A stretch of DNA of 63,760 nt, the filler included, from Hyphochytrium catenoides (taxonomy: Eukaryota > Protista > Hyphochytriomycota), in assembly GCA_900088475.1 (NCBI GenBank). It is 11 parts of 11 records of this genome, joined end to end, with 100 filler letters (N's around TTAATTAATTAA, not from the genome) between each part and the next. Parts side by side here need not be neighbours in the genome. Positions count along the whole stretch, not along the records: positions 1 to 16,185 come from FLMG01003736.1; positions 16,286 to 22,082 come from FLMG01004721.1; positions 22,183 to 26,618 come from FLMG01002060.1; 8 more parts are not named here. One strand, 5' to 3'. This document shows, one piece after another, positions 12,601 through 25,000 of this stretch. Below the pieces are notes generated by a model. That model ran no database searches. It was not told the origin of the DNA and was given only the letters and a program-made list of their open reading frames with translations. The position numbers were made by a program, and so were the translations under genes. Within the stretch, counting starts at the first letter, position 1; each line of letters opens with the position of its first letter.

Positions 12601-15600
12601 AAAGCTTCTGAGCTTGGGTTTACCGATCGAGCAGGTGAAGCTGAAGATGAAGGCCGACGGCCTAAACTCCAACCAACTGGACGCAATCCTTTGCCCTCCT
12701 CAGCCCTCTCTCTCCCCAACTGCAGCCGCTCAGCTCTCGAAGTACCAGAAGTTAAAGCGCGTTGGGCTCACTCTCGAGCAGTTGGAGCTCAGAATGGTCT
12801 CAGACGGCTTAGACAGTGTCAGGATATCGAAACTCATACCGGAGCTGGCTGACAGCCCCAGCACTCTTCCTTCCGCCTTGAGGCCACCTGGAAAGCCCGG
12901 GAGCGAGAAGGATGGAGGGATGCATGGAAAGGAAGCGGAAGGGGAGGCGCCAAGAGGCCCCAAACCTTCAGTTCCCGTCCGAAGCTTTTTCTGGACCAAG
13001 ATTCCCGAGCGGCAGGTGGGCGGGACCATCTGGAGCGACATGCACATAGAGGACGAGGTGAGGCAGAGGCAACAACATCTTAAGCAATAATTTTTGCCGT
13101 GTCTTATCCCTAACTCTCTCCCTATGATCGCTATCCCCAGAAGCTGCTCGATCCCAAAGAGATTGAGCAGCTGTTTAGCAAGAAGGAGGCACCACCAAAG
13201 GCCGCAAAGAAGTCCGTCCCTTCGATAGAGGCGACGGTAAGAGCTTCCTCCTGGATATCCCTTTCCTATCCCTCTCACTTCCTGCTACCTTTCCTCTCAC
13301 ATAATCCCTCGCTGTCTGGGTGAGAGTGATGCGTCTGACCCTGCACTGGCCCTGAAGGTGCGGACCGTCTCTCTCTTGGACTCAAAGAAGCAGCAGAACG
13401 CTGGCATCGCCCTGGCCAAGTTCCGTCTTGATCCTCCAACACTCCGCACGTCACTCCTGCAATTGGACAGAGAGAAACTCGGTGAGAAAAGGACCGAGAT
13501 ATGCAGGGAGACTTTTTTGGATCCTAAGAGTTTGGACCCTTACCTTTTTCAGTCAGCTACTCTTTCGTCTCTAACTTCTCCCCGGTTTCATATAATTTCC
13601 TCTCCGTTGTCCACCTGCTACTCTTCATTCCTTAGACATGGATAAGCTCCAGTGCCTTCTGAACCTCGCGCCTTCTCCGGAGGAGGTGGAGCTGCTGCGG
13701 TCATACAGCGGAGATCCGTCAGTTCTGAGCCCTGTAGACGCTTTCTACCGCGAGATGATCGCCATCCCGCGCTACCAGCAGCGCCTGGAAGTCTTTCTCT
13801 TCTCCCTCCGCTTTGACTCTCAGGTTAGAGGAACGGAGCATCGTTTTCTTCTCCTCACTTCTTCAACATTCTCCCCTCTCCGCCACCAATGGACATGATA
13901 TTGATGCTTCTCCCCCGTCTAATCTCTCTCTCTCTCTCTCTGGCCCGCAGGTGGAGGAGCTGAGCAGCAATGTGAAGCTCGTGGGCCGGGCAGTATCTTC
14001 CGTGGGCCGGAGTCAGAAGTTCAAGGGGCTGCTACGCGTCGTGCTGGCTGTCGGAAACTTCATGAACGCGACAAATTCGAGAGGCGCAGCCCGTGGGTTC
14101 CGCTTAGAGTCTCTCCTCAAGCTCGCGACTGTGAAGTCTGCGGACAGCAAGCTCACACTCCTTTCCTACTTGTACGTCGCCCTTTCGTTTCTTTAGCTCT
14201 AAATGTCACTTAAACCTTCTCTCTCTCACGGTTTTCGTGGTAGTTACCGACTTGAGACCTTTCCATGACAGACAGTTCTCTCTTTCTTTCAATCCCATGG
14301 AGTCTTAGTTCCTCATTTGGCCCTCTTTCCGTCCCCACGTCCTCTTCTAGGGAGAAGCTGGTGCGAAGGCTACACCCAGAGCTCCACGAGTTTGAGGCAG
14401 AGTTTGACGCTGTGACAGAGGCGAGTCGCCTTTCTCTCTCTCAGCTTACAGCCGAGGTGGGCGGGCTACAGCGGGGGCTGGAGATGGCGGAGAGAGAAGT
14501 GAAGGCCTTCCAGAGGTGAATAGCCATATATTTCCCATCTATCTTACGTCCTTCTGTGGCTGTTTCTTACCCTGTTCAATCCTGTCTCTCTCTCTCTCTC
14601 TTTCAACCACTTTCTCTCCTTCTTCAGTGCTGGGCAGGGTGATCGCTTTCTTGATGTTCTACGGCCCTTCCAAGCGCGAGCAGGTGTCTCTCTTTCTGCG
14701 GCGATAGCGGAGCTGGAGCAAGTGCGGCAGGAGTATGAGCGGCTAGCACTGTCCTTTGGCGAGGATCCTATTAAGATAAACTATGGGAAACTGAGCGGCT
14801 CAGAGGCCTTCTTCGCCATCTTGAGAGACTTCAGAGCAGACTTTAAGGTCGGAAGATAAATGTTTCTCTCTCTTGCCCACGAGACAGAGCGCTCAGAGGT
14901 CACTCATCCCTTACTTGCTCTTCTGTGTGCAGAAAGCTGGCCGGGATAACCGCCGAATGGAGGCTTCAGAGGAGAAGAAGTTGAGGGAGAGCCAAAGCGC
15001 CGCGTCGGGAGCGATCTCTCAGGTCTTGGCAGACCCACAGCGATCCTTTAGCGATCCTTTGAGCCTAACATTCGCGTCCTCTTCTCTCTCTCTCTCTCTC
15101 TCTCTCGGCTGTTCCCTATGAAACTCTTCGATTCGCGTTAATATCTTCACATGTCTCACGGTCCCTTGCTCCTGTTTTCTCTTTCTTTTTCTCTCTTTCT
15201 CTCTCGCCTCTCTCTTCCCCTCTCGCGTGGCCGAAACAAGGGCGGGCAGGGACGGCGGAGCAACAGTTTGGTGGACCAGATGTTTGACCAGCTGCGGAGT
15301 GGGAATGCTGAGGAGATAGTGGAGCGGCTAATGGCAGCGCGAGGCCGGGAGGACGGGTCTCGAGGTGTGAGCGTCTTCAGGAATCTCTTTCCTCCTTAGC
15401 TCTTCCCTGCGGGCGGCAGTGGCTCGCTCTGTCCAGCATCTTTCTCTCTCCTCTCCTCTTGACCGCCACATCCATCTCTCGAAGCTAGTTTGTCTCTTCC
15501 CCTCTCTCATCATTCCTTACTCATAATTCTCTCTCGTCTTCTTCTTCTCCCAATCCCTGTGTCCGATGCCTATCTCCTGCGCCTGCTGCGGCCTTGACAG

Positions 15601-15731
15601 GGAAGCGACGGAGCAGCACCTTCAACGCGTCTCAGCGGTCCATGGAGGACACACCTGAGCTGCCGCGCAGCTTGTTGCCGGCCCGCCGCGCTGCCCTTCC
15701 TGCGCCCGCCGCGCCTTCTAATAAGTCCTAA
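9312..15731 (+). CDS. Diaphanous-related formin (GBD/FH3, repeat region, FH2, DAD), about 18 exons
   Basis: GT-AG exons give DDLAVPEKSRQKM (9743-), ECYNCLKAAMNN, MTFLNTLVN..DIDERMEIRSDL (FH3), RSFFWTKIP..GTIW, SLLDSKKQQNAGIAL, VLAVGNFMNATNSRGAARGFRLESLLKL..KSADSKLTLLSY (FH2) and LVDQMFDQLRSG (DAD). Stop TAA at 15729-15731. The start could be the ATG at 9312 or at about 9345. Confidence 0.93.
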
Positions 15732-15960
15732 TAAGGATTCTCAGAGGTCGGCTTGCGCATCAGAAAGGGCGGAAGAGGAAGAAGTGAGGAGAGGAGAGTG
15801 CCGACTGGTTGAAGATCCAGATCTGCCCGTTTTTAGGCGACATGGAGACGTTATTATTCCATATGGAGAGAGAGAGAGGGGGAAGAGAGAGAGAGAGAAA
15901 GAGAAAGAGAGAAGAGAGACAGGAGGGGATAGACTGAGAGAGAGAGAGAGAAAGAAAGAA

Positions 15961-15998
<38 letters not shown>

Positions 15999-16185
15999 AA
16001 AGGTCTGCATGATCCCATCTTCATCTTCAATTCTTCAACCTTCGCATCCTAGAGATCAGCCGCCAATGGCCATCTAAGCCTAGGATAGTACACTAGATGA
16101 CCAGTAGATTCTCCGCCTTGGAAGAGGAGCTTTTGGGTAATGAAAGTTCTGCATTGAAGGAAGTGGTAATACATCAGTAAAGAGG

Positions 16186-16285
16186 NNNNNNNNNNNNNNN
16201 NNNNNNNNNNNNNNNNNNNNNNNNNNNNNTTAATTAATTAANNNNNNNNNNNNNNNNNNNNNNNNNNNNNNNNNNNNNNNNNNNN
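16186..16285. other. Assembly spacer (N44-TTAATTAATTAA-N44); also at 22083, 26619, 34195, 39879, 41211, 53661, 56487, 58179 and 59859
   Basis: Identical 100-bp blocks carrying a six-frame stop linker. A plain N gap also lies at 34704-34751. Confidence 0.98.
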
Positions 16286-17546
16286 ATACAGAAGGTAGGT
16301 TGGGCTTGTTATTACTATTCGCTTTCCTTTGTCCGATGCCCATTGGAGAGGACAGACCTCCTTCTGCCGTCCCAATTACCTGCTTGCAGGATTCTTGCCG
16401 AAGATGTCTCTGCGAAGCTTTCCTCCCTCCTTTCGTCCCCCTCATTCTTCTCGGATGCAAGGGCATTAACCTAAAATGCTAATAAGCTCCAGTCAAAATT
16501 TTCCGTAGAACAGAAAGGACGCCGAATTGAGGGAGGATAGCATGAGAAGCAGAGCACAATAGCTATATGAGCTGGAATATAAAGCTACCATGAGTTCAAG
16601 GAGGAAGAGGTGTTCAGGAAAACATCACCTTGTTGCTCGAAAAGCGGTGTAAAGAAAGAGACTCGGAAATGCTACGGGAGTAATACCTTGGGACGAACGG
16701 TGGGTACGACCACGACATACTTTAAAATTTGCCTATAGGGTATAGTATCAGCCCATAACGCCGGAAGAGCTGCGCTTTCCGTACACCTTGGCTACGTAAA
16801 CCTATTATTCCCTGATCCTTTATCTTTCTGCCGCTACCGCTTTCCCTCCCCTCAGCTTTTCAGCTTGCAACAGGTTCCTAGTTGCAGAGCTTTCTGTTTG
16901 CTGCTCTCGTTCTTCCGTCTCTGAGTCAGTCTATGCAATTCTTTGACGCAACTCTTGACCATCCGAGTAACAATAGTCAGAGATAAACTTTACTAACGAC
17001 GATGTGGATTGCAGATGAGACTGAGAGTTGTGCTCTTTCAGAGATGAAGGAGACTGAGGAATGCTAGAACCTAGCACTAAGACCCTGTACATAGGAGAGA
17101 AGACAAAAAGAGAGCTGTATCGGAAGCCGCTGCAAAGAGTAAGATGAAGAAAACGAGAATGATGGAGTTAGAGGCAATTATGGAAGTTAGGTACGCTTGG
17201 GAATTTAGCTGGGGAAGGGTAGAAAAGTAGGGTAGAATAGAGAAGAAGGCTGCGACTTGAAAATGGGATACAGAATCACAGAGAGAGAAGAGGTACATAA
17301 ATTGAAGGTTCGTTCTTAGACAGTATAAGAATAGGATAGATAGAGAGATTGTCTAGAAAAACAAAGGACAGAGTGAGAGCATGAGAAAGACGGAAAGAAG
17401 AGAGGGAATGCTTGGAGCAAGAAGTAAATAATGAATATCAATGAAAAAGGGAGACGGTATTCATTATTTACTTCTTATGGTACGTATATGGAGAGAGAGA
17501 GAGAGAGAGGCAGAGAGAGAAAGAGAGAGAAAAAGAGAGAGAGAGA

Positions 17547-17702
17547 GCAGGGTGGAAAAAGTGAAGAAGAGTGATGAAGGGGAGAGGTGAGAGAGAGAGA
17601 GAGAGAGAGCAAAAGAGAGAGAGGGCAGGGTGGATAAAGTGAAGAAGAGTGATGGAGGGGAGAGGTGAGAGAGAGAGAGAGAGAGCAAAAGAGAGAGAGC
17701 AG
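17547..17702 (+). repeat. Tandem duplication, about 78-bp unit x2, with embedded (GA)n
   Basis: gcagggtgga(a/t)aaagtgaagaagagtgatg..ggggagaggtgagaga occurs at 17547 and 17625. Confidence 0.8.
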
Positions 17703-18009
17703 AGATGAACTAGGGAAGAACATTGATGGAGGGAGAGGATGAATAAGGTGGGAGTGAAGGAAAGAGATGGTAAATGGAAGTTGGTGAATCATCTAAGGGG
17801 CGACTAGGGCTCACGGAAAGACGGAAGAGATAGGGTATGCTAAGTATACGACAGAAAGCTTGCCGGGAACGAAGAGGAGGAGACAAAGAGCTATCTCGCC
17901 ATTGGCAAGAGGGAACACAATAAGAAGGGTTACGAGACCAGGAGAGGGCAAGATGAGGAGACACGCAGATGGGAGACTCAACCAGTCTTCATAGAGGTCT
18001 ACGTGCTTA

Positions 18010-19290
18010 CATGAGTACCAGCAAGGTGCCAGTAGTGGTGCCTGCCATATGCCAGTTTAGGTGTCACCCGAGGAGCCAGCCTCGCTCTACCCCCTAGGTA
18101 CCAGTTAGCAGAATCCTGGATTCCAGCCTCAGGAGCCGCCTACATACATTTACCAGCTCTGTCAAGCACGTCCTGATGCAAGTCACAGGTCGCCCTATTT
18201 AGCTTCTAGCCTATCAGAGGCGTCAGATGAGGCCTCAACCTAGTAGGCACCAGCTCAGTATCAGCCCTGATACCAGCTTGGGAATTGCCTTTTATGCAGA
18301 CCTTAGGCGCGGCCTAGATACCAACTCTGAGGTGCCAGTCTTGGTGCGACGAACCATAGTAGGTGCCACCCTAGCTCCCAGAATAGGGGCCAGAGCCAGC
18401 TTAGGTAACAACCTAGATATTGTATGAGTCCAGCGTCAACTTCAAGTGCCAGTCTAATTGCCCATGTTTGTGCCATTCTTTGTCCCAGCGGCCTTCATGC
18501 CAGCCTTATGCGCCGGTTGTAGGTGGCAGCGTAGGTGCTCGGATGGGTGCCAACAACCTAGTACTACTTTTACTGCCGAATTCTCCGCATGAGAAGCATT
18601 GAAATCAGTCTAGAACCAGCCTTAGGTGTCACACATATACATTACTTTAGATCACTAAACCCGACGATGAGCAGCCTACGTGCCATAACCCTGCACGCGA
18701 GCGCTACTCATTAGCTATTGTGCAGCTTATATGTCAGTCTTCGTTGCCAGCCTAATGACAGAGATAAGGAGGCCGAGGTACGCCTAGGTGCCAACCAAAC
18801 GGTGCTATTCTTCCTGAGGCCATCCGAAGTCCCATCCTTAGGTGTAAGCATATTGCGACCCCTGCTACCGGCTAGATGATATTCTGTTTCACCAAGTTAG
18901 GTGAAAGCCTACTAGGTGCCAGCCTGGGTTGCCATCAGAGTTGTCATGGTAAGATATGACCTGCTAATTTTGCTGCCAGTCTACGTCGTGCCCAGGATGC
19001 AAACTTAATTTACCTGGCTAAAAGCCATCCTATTACTGCCCCTCATCCTGCTTGGTGGAACACCAGGTGGCCGATATAATTGCCAGCTTAGTTAAATCGG
19101 TTACGAGGTGCTGGTAGCGTAGGTGTGAGCATAGGTCCCAGCTTTAGAAATAGCCTTTACCGCCTTAGAAACCAACAAGCCGTCAGCCTCAAACTTGATA
19201 ACCCAGCTGCTGCCATCCTCGGAGCCTTCCTGGCAGCCGCCAGCTTCATACCCACCTAAAGTGCCACCCGAATATGCCACCTGAGTAGGT
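18010..19290. repeat. Decayed ~12-bp minisatellite (consensus about TAGGTGCCAGCY)
   Basis: Dozens of degenerate aggtgccagc/aggtgccacc/gataccagc units over about 1.3 kb. Confidence 0.5.
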
Positions 19291-19879
19291 CCACGCCTGA
19301 TAAGGATTGTAACCCACGGAAAAAAGAAGGTTTTCGTGGGGTCCGTTAGCCTAATAGCTTGAGTGACCACGACCGAAAAGGGCAAACAAGCAGAAAAAGA
19401 CTTTCGCGGAAACTACTCAAAGCGACTTTCCTTCAGAGAGAATGCTTTACCTAGATAATTAGAGAATTCTTTAAACAGCAAGGGCAATCTGATGGAAAAG
19501 GGAAAGAGAGAAGAAGAAGAGCGTAAGGGGTGAAGAGAAAGTGTAGATCGTAAGACTCTCTTTAGGTTAGCGCTTTTCTCTGGAACTTGAATTAGTTGTG
19601 AGCAAAATTGCTCTTAGCTTGAGCTCTAACTACTCGGAGCTTCACTACTTTCCCTTCCCTTCATCATCACCACCAAACCTACCTAAGCTTAGTATCGATC
19701 TCCTCGTTGTCCTCAGAGTGGTCCCATCGTAAGAGAGAGAGAGAGAGAGACAAGAGGAGAGCAGTAGGAGGTAGGAAAGACAGAAGCACCCCAAAGAGAA
19801 CTACCTCCCATCCACTACCTCAGTCAGACATAGGGCCAGTTCCTCTGTCGTGTCCACCCGCTTGCAGCCACAGGTCTTC

Positions 19880-22082
19880 AAGAGACGCTGATTAGCACCA
19901 CCACCGCGACGACAGACGATACCATGATCTCCAAAGACATCCATAGGGCAAGAGCAGTTTTCGGTAATTTGGTTTTTTTTTATATCACTACTACTTAGCA
20001 GACTAATCTAGGAGAGGAAGAAAGTGAAGAAGAAGAAGAGAAAGAGAAGAAAAGCTAGGAAGCCATAGGCTCTTCCACCTCAACTCGATCTGCACCCTGC
20101 TCATCATCAGTAAAGGAAATTACATAGTGGATTTCCTCAGTAATGATAAGCGGAGAAGGAGGAGAGGGAGGAGTTGAACCACTAGCGGCCATGTCAACAC
20201 CATCGAGCTCAGCTGTCGCGCGACAAGCAAGAGAAGGGTCCAGCTGTTCAAGAGGAATGCGCTTCACGATTTGAAGTGCATTTTCTTCGTGAATGGCTAA
20301 AGATATTCGCGTATGAAGGCGTAAGCCCATAGCTAAGCGAGACCAATGATGACCAAGATGCCGAGAAGCATCAAGAGCAGAGCGGTCACATTGAAGCTTC
20401 ACCAGGTGACCCACACAATCCACGACGCCTTGCATAGCTCCCCCAAACGACGCCCAAACTAGCGGAATAAACTGCAGCCCTACAACCACAAGGAACCTCA
20501 TACTTCTTGAGCTTCGCTTTCTCTAACAAACGACCTTGATAGCTGGCATGGACTGCTGCATAAGGAAGGGTTATTGTTAGCTTATTGCTAGTACTATCGC
20601 TACTAACAGACTAATTCTAGAAGAAGAAGAAAGTGAAGAAGAAGAAGAGGAAGAAGAAGAGGAAGAAGAAGAGAAGAAAAGCTAAGAAGCCTTAGGCTCT
20701 TCCATCAACTCAGCTCGAACCTGCTCCCTGCTCATCATCAGTAAAAGAAGAATCATAGTTGATTTCCTCAGTAATGATGAGCGGAGAAGAAGGAGGAGGA
20801 GGAGGTGAACCATCAGCAACCATGTCATCATCAGCAACCATGTCATCACCAGCAACCATGTCAACACCGTCGAGTTCAGCCGTCGCGAGACAAGCAAGAG
20901 AAGGGTCCAGCTGTTCAGGAGGAACGCGCTTCACGATTTGAAGTGCATTTTCTTCGTGAATGGCCAAAGACACTCGCGTATGAAGGCGTAGGCCCATAGC
21001 TAAGCGAGACCAAGGACCAAGATGCCGAGAACCATCAAGAGCGGAGCGGTCACATTTTTTTATAAAAAAAATGAGAAGAAGAATTATATCACTACTTAGC
21101 AAACTAATCTAGGAGAAGAAGAAAGTGAAGAAGAAGAAGAGAAAGAGAAGAAAAGCTAAGAAGCCATAGGCTCCTCCACCTCAACTCGATCTGCACCCTG
21201 CTCATCATCAGTAAAGGAAGAATCATAGTGGATTTCCTCAGTAATGGTAAGCGGAGAAGAAGGAGGAGAGGGAGGAGTTGAACCACTAGCGGCCATGTCA
21301 ACACCATCGAGCTCAGCTGTCGCGAGACAAGCAAGAGAAGGGTCCAGCTGTTCCAGAGGAATGCGCTTCAAGATTTGAAGTGCATCTTCTTCGTGAATGG
21401 CTAAAGATATTCGCGTATGAAGGCGTAAGCCCATAGCTAAGCGAGACCAATGATGACCAAGATGCCGAGAAGCATCAAGAGCAGAGCGGTCACATTGAAG
21501 CTTCACCAGGTGACCCACACAATCCACGACGCCTTGCATAGCTCCCCCAAACGACGCCCAAACTAGCGGAATAAACTGCAGCCCTACAGCCTTACAAGGA
21601 ACCTCATACTTCTTGAGCTTCGCTTTCTCTAACAAACGACCTTGATAGCCGGCATGGACTGCTGCATAAGGAAGGGTTCTGGATTGCAGCGAGTCCGTGA
21701 TGGACACGAAAGCCGTATGTTGATAAGAGTCCGAGAAGCCACGAACCAACAGGTCTCCCGGTTTTAGGTTTGACCCCGGAAGGAGGTGACGGGGTTCACG
21801 AGAAACTTTGAGGCCAGAGTCCCGAAAAGCATGAAATAGAAGGTCTTGAACACGACGATGACGCTGATTAGCACCACCATCGCGACGACAGACGACACCA
21901 TGATCTCCGAAGACATCCATAGGGCGAGAGCAGTTCTGACATGAAAGGGAGACAGAAGATCGCGCAAGAGGGATTCCTAAGAAGCGCCACATTCTTTTTC
22001 TCCTTCTCTTCTCTCTTCTTCTTTCCCTTCGTCTTCTACATCCGGCGCAGCGATAAAGCCAGGGTAAGGTCGATGGCATCTT
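19880..22082 (-). mobile_element. Head-to-tail array of 5'-truncated RLE non-LTR retrotransposon (CRE-like) copies, family 1
   Basis: ORF 21156-22079 has a CxxC..H..C knuckle (CQNC..DHGVVC), RH..VQD, REP..KPGDLLV, K..KY and FIPLVWASFG. Near-identical 3' ends lie at about 19970-20571, 20572-21055 and 21056-22082, with a further fragment at 19880-19965. The tails are A-rich or (TAG)n. Confidence 0.88.
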
Positions 22083-25000
22083 NNNNNNNNNNNNNNNNNN
22101 NNNNNNNNNNNNNNNNNNNNNNNNNNTTAATTAATTAANNNNNNNNNNNNNNNNNNNNNNNNNNNNNNNNNNNNNNNNNNNNCAGACGCTTTCTCCTCCT
22201 CCGTTAGCATCCTCTTCTCCACCCATCGAAAGCGAGGGTGGCTCCAGTGAACAGTTGTGGTGGTCACTGCTTCTTCCTTCTCTCCTTCTAGCGCTACCTT
22301 CTTCGTTCCACCCTGGTGACCCCCGCTGCCAGGGCGCGCTTCCCGCAGTTCCATTGAGACTACCCAATGGAAGCTCTAGCCACAAAGAGGACCACGCTTG
22401 AAGGTGGTCACTCCTTCCATGCCGTCCAGGAGAAAGATGCACGTTATTCTCTTAGACGCGAAGTACCAGAAGGGAGCCACGTCTGGAGGGGGCGGTATAC
22501 CCGGGAAAATGATCTTGACCGCGAAATCCGCAGTCTTCACAGTTACTGCTGGGGACTGAAAGCATTGGTCCTCCTCTTTCTCTGCGGTTTGGTCCCTACC
22601 TCTCCGGTCTTCTGTTGAAAGAGATGCAGCCATATCTCACACAGGATAACACGTCCCCCAAAAAGAAGACACACTAATACTAACAGACAAATTAGTAGAC
22701 AGTAAAGAGAAGATTAAGTAAGGAGAAGCCGATACTGCCAGAAACTCGTGTTGGTCGTTTAGTGCCCTTGTCTGGAGGAGATGTTGGCGTTCGTTCGTGG
22801 AGTGACGAGTGCTATGGACCTCCCTCCCTCCTTGTTGTCTGAGAAAAGTGAAAATGAGCCCTCCTGTCGCTTTGCCTTCCTGCCTGGCTGTTGGTGATGC
22901 CTTACTAACACCTAGTAGCTCGGGCTGTCCTCCTTCTGTTGCGCTCGTTCCCGCTCTGCCCTCTCTCTCCTTCCTTCCTCCTCCCGCCTCTCCCTTTCTT
23001 GTCTCTTCCTAATCCCGCCATCATACCTTTTCCCTAATCTTACTATCACTGTCACTGTCACCGTCTGAGCAGCTTTCCTTCTATATCGTTTGTTTCTTTC
23101 TTCTGTCATCGTCCTCCACCTTCGCCTTCTTCTTTTACTTTGTAGTAGTTATATTATTACTATTCTTACTTTGGGTGACGATGGATGAATAATGGACGAT
23201 CTGGTTTGGGCTTTGCTAGTAGTCAAGAGCAGGAGGGGAAGGAAAGAAGAGTGTGAAGAATACGATGGATCTAAGGACGTGCCTAAAGTATTATTATAGA
23301 TTATTAGGAGCAGGATCAAAACTCAAGACTGGGATGAGGATGACGACAGCAATGGAAGACAAAGGCAGAAGAAGAGGTCAAGCAGGAGTCGGTCTAACCT
23401 TATTGGAGTCTGTAGCCCCTAGGGTCTACAAGATCGTCTTAACATTAAGTTAGGCTAATGCTACCGGACGAAGTAAGAAAGCAAGCAAACCCGCTTCCTG
23501 TAATGGTGAGCATTACACTGTCTGAATCTTAGGGTGAAGGATGTTGTGCTTGGCAAACTCAATAATAATCCCTGCAGTGATCAGTCCTTCCGTAGCTCAA
23601 ACAGTGCTCTCCATCATCGCGTGACAAAAGAACTAGATTTATTGGCGCCGCAAAAAAGATGAGGGAGTCAGAAGAAGCGAGAAGACACAGACCAATAATG
23701 ATGACGACGCAGTCGAGGGGTACTAAAACTCGAGTACAAGGAGATGCAAGAGTGACGAGCAGCAGGGCCGGCAGCAGGGCTAGCTAGCCTGCGTCGGCGA
23801 AGAGCTCCTGAGTGAAGAATGTCGATAATAATGAGAATGACTTGAAGGATAATCGCCGGAACAAGAGTCCAAGAGGAGGAGCTTAGCAAGAGAATATCAA
23901 CCTCCATCACTGACCACTACGAATGACAATCTTAGCAGCGGTGAGATTTGAAAAAACTCTTCATCTGCTTCTTCCTCTATTTACGCAGCTGTGGAACATA
24001 GCCACTTACTAGAGTCTACAACAAGATCTAATCAGGGGAACTCACTCCTTGTAGGGAAAAGTTGTTGGTGCGAATCAGTGGCCTTTTCCTTGTAGGGGTA
24101 TTGTTCGTTTAGGAGCACTAAAGATCATTGAGAGCAATGTTCGCACGATAGGCGTCATAGGAGAGACAGAGAAGGAGAGAGACAGAAGATAAGGAGAGGA
24201 AGAGAGGGCACGAATAGATAGAAAAAGAAAGTGAGAGAAGGGGTAGAGGGAGAGTGTAAGGGACAACGAAAGAGAGGGAGCGGAAGGCCAAAAGGGACAG
24301 GGAGAAGAGGGGTATAATCCATCATCATCGGGATTGAGCTTGAACTGTTGGTTGGCGGCTCTCTCTTACCAGGACAGGCCTAGGCCTACGATGTCGTATT
24401 TGAGGTCATCGACCATGTTTTCTCAAGGGGCTGCCAACAAACAATGGAGCGGGAGAGACAAAGACCAAATGTTGACAAATTTAGAAGCAAGAGTGACAAG
24501 CACGCAAGAGTTGGTTGCGGTTAATGGTGGCATGAGGTGGCGGACTGCTGAGTGAATAATGTTGATGATTGCTGCTGCCAGGGCTGATTGTGGGCCAAGC
24601 CTGGAGCAGCTGCCTCACAGATCATAGTGGATCCTGAGACAGGACTGGGCCCAGTGTCCTGGTTTTATAAGAATGGAGCTAGTCCTCCATCACCGCCCAG
24701 GGACGACAATGGTCGTAGTGACTCTGATTATCTGATGGGTCTCTTGTTCCTATCCCTGCTAGCTGCAAATGTAATCCATTACTAATACCTTGAGAACACT
24801 TTCCTTGGCACCCAAGAAATTCACTTTTTCCTCCTTGAGACGAAACGTAACGCGACAAAGAAGGGGGGGTTGAGTTCCTTAGCGCTCTATGTCGGCAGAA
24901 GTGTATCATTGGTCTCGAGCAGGAGAATCCAGAGCACTACATTTTGTCTCTCTCCTCCTTCACACTTCTTTGCTGTGACGGCAAGCAGGGAAATGACAAC

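Noticed and set aside
16186-16285. Recurrent TTAATTAATTAA palindrome flanked by Ns
   Set aside because: Artificial contig linker with stops in all six frames, not biological. ORFs ending in XXX-LIN are artefacts of it.
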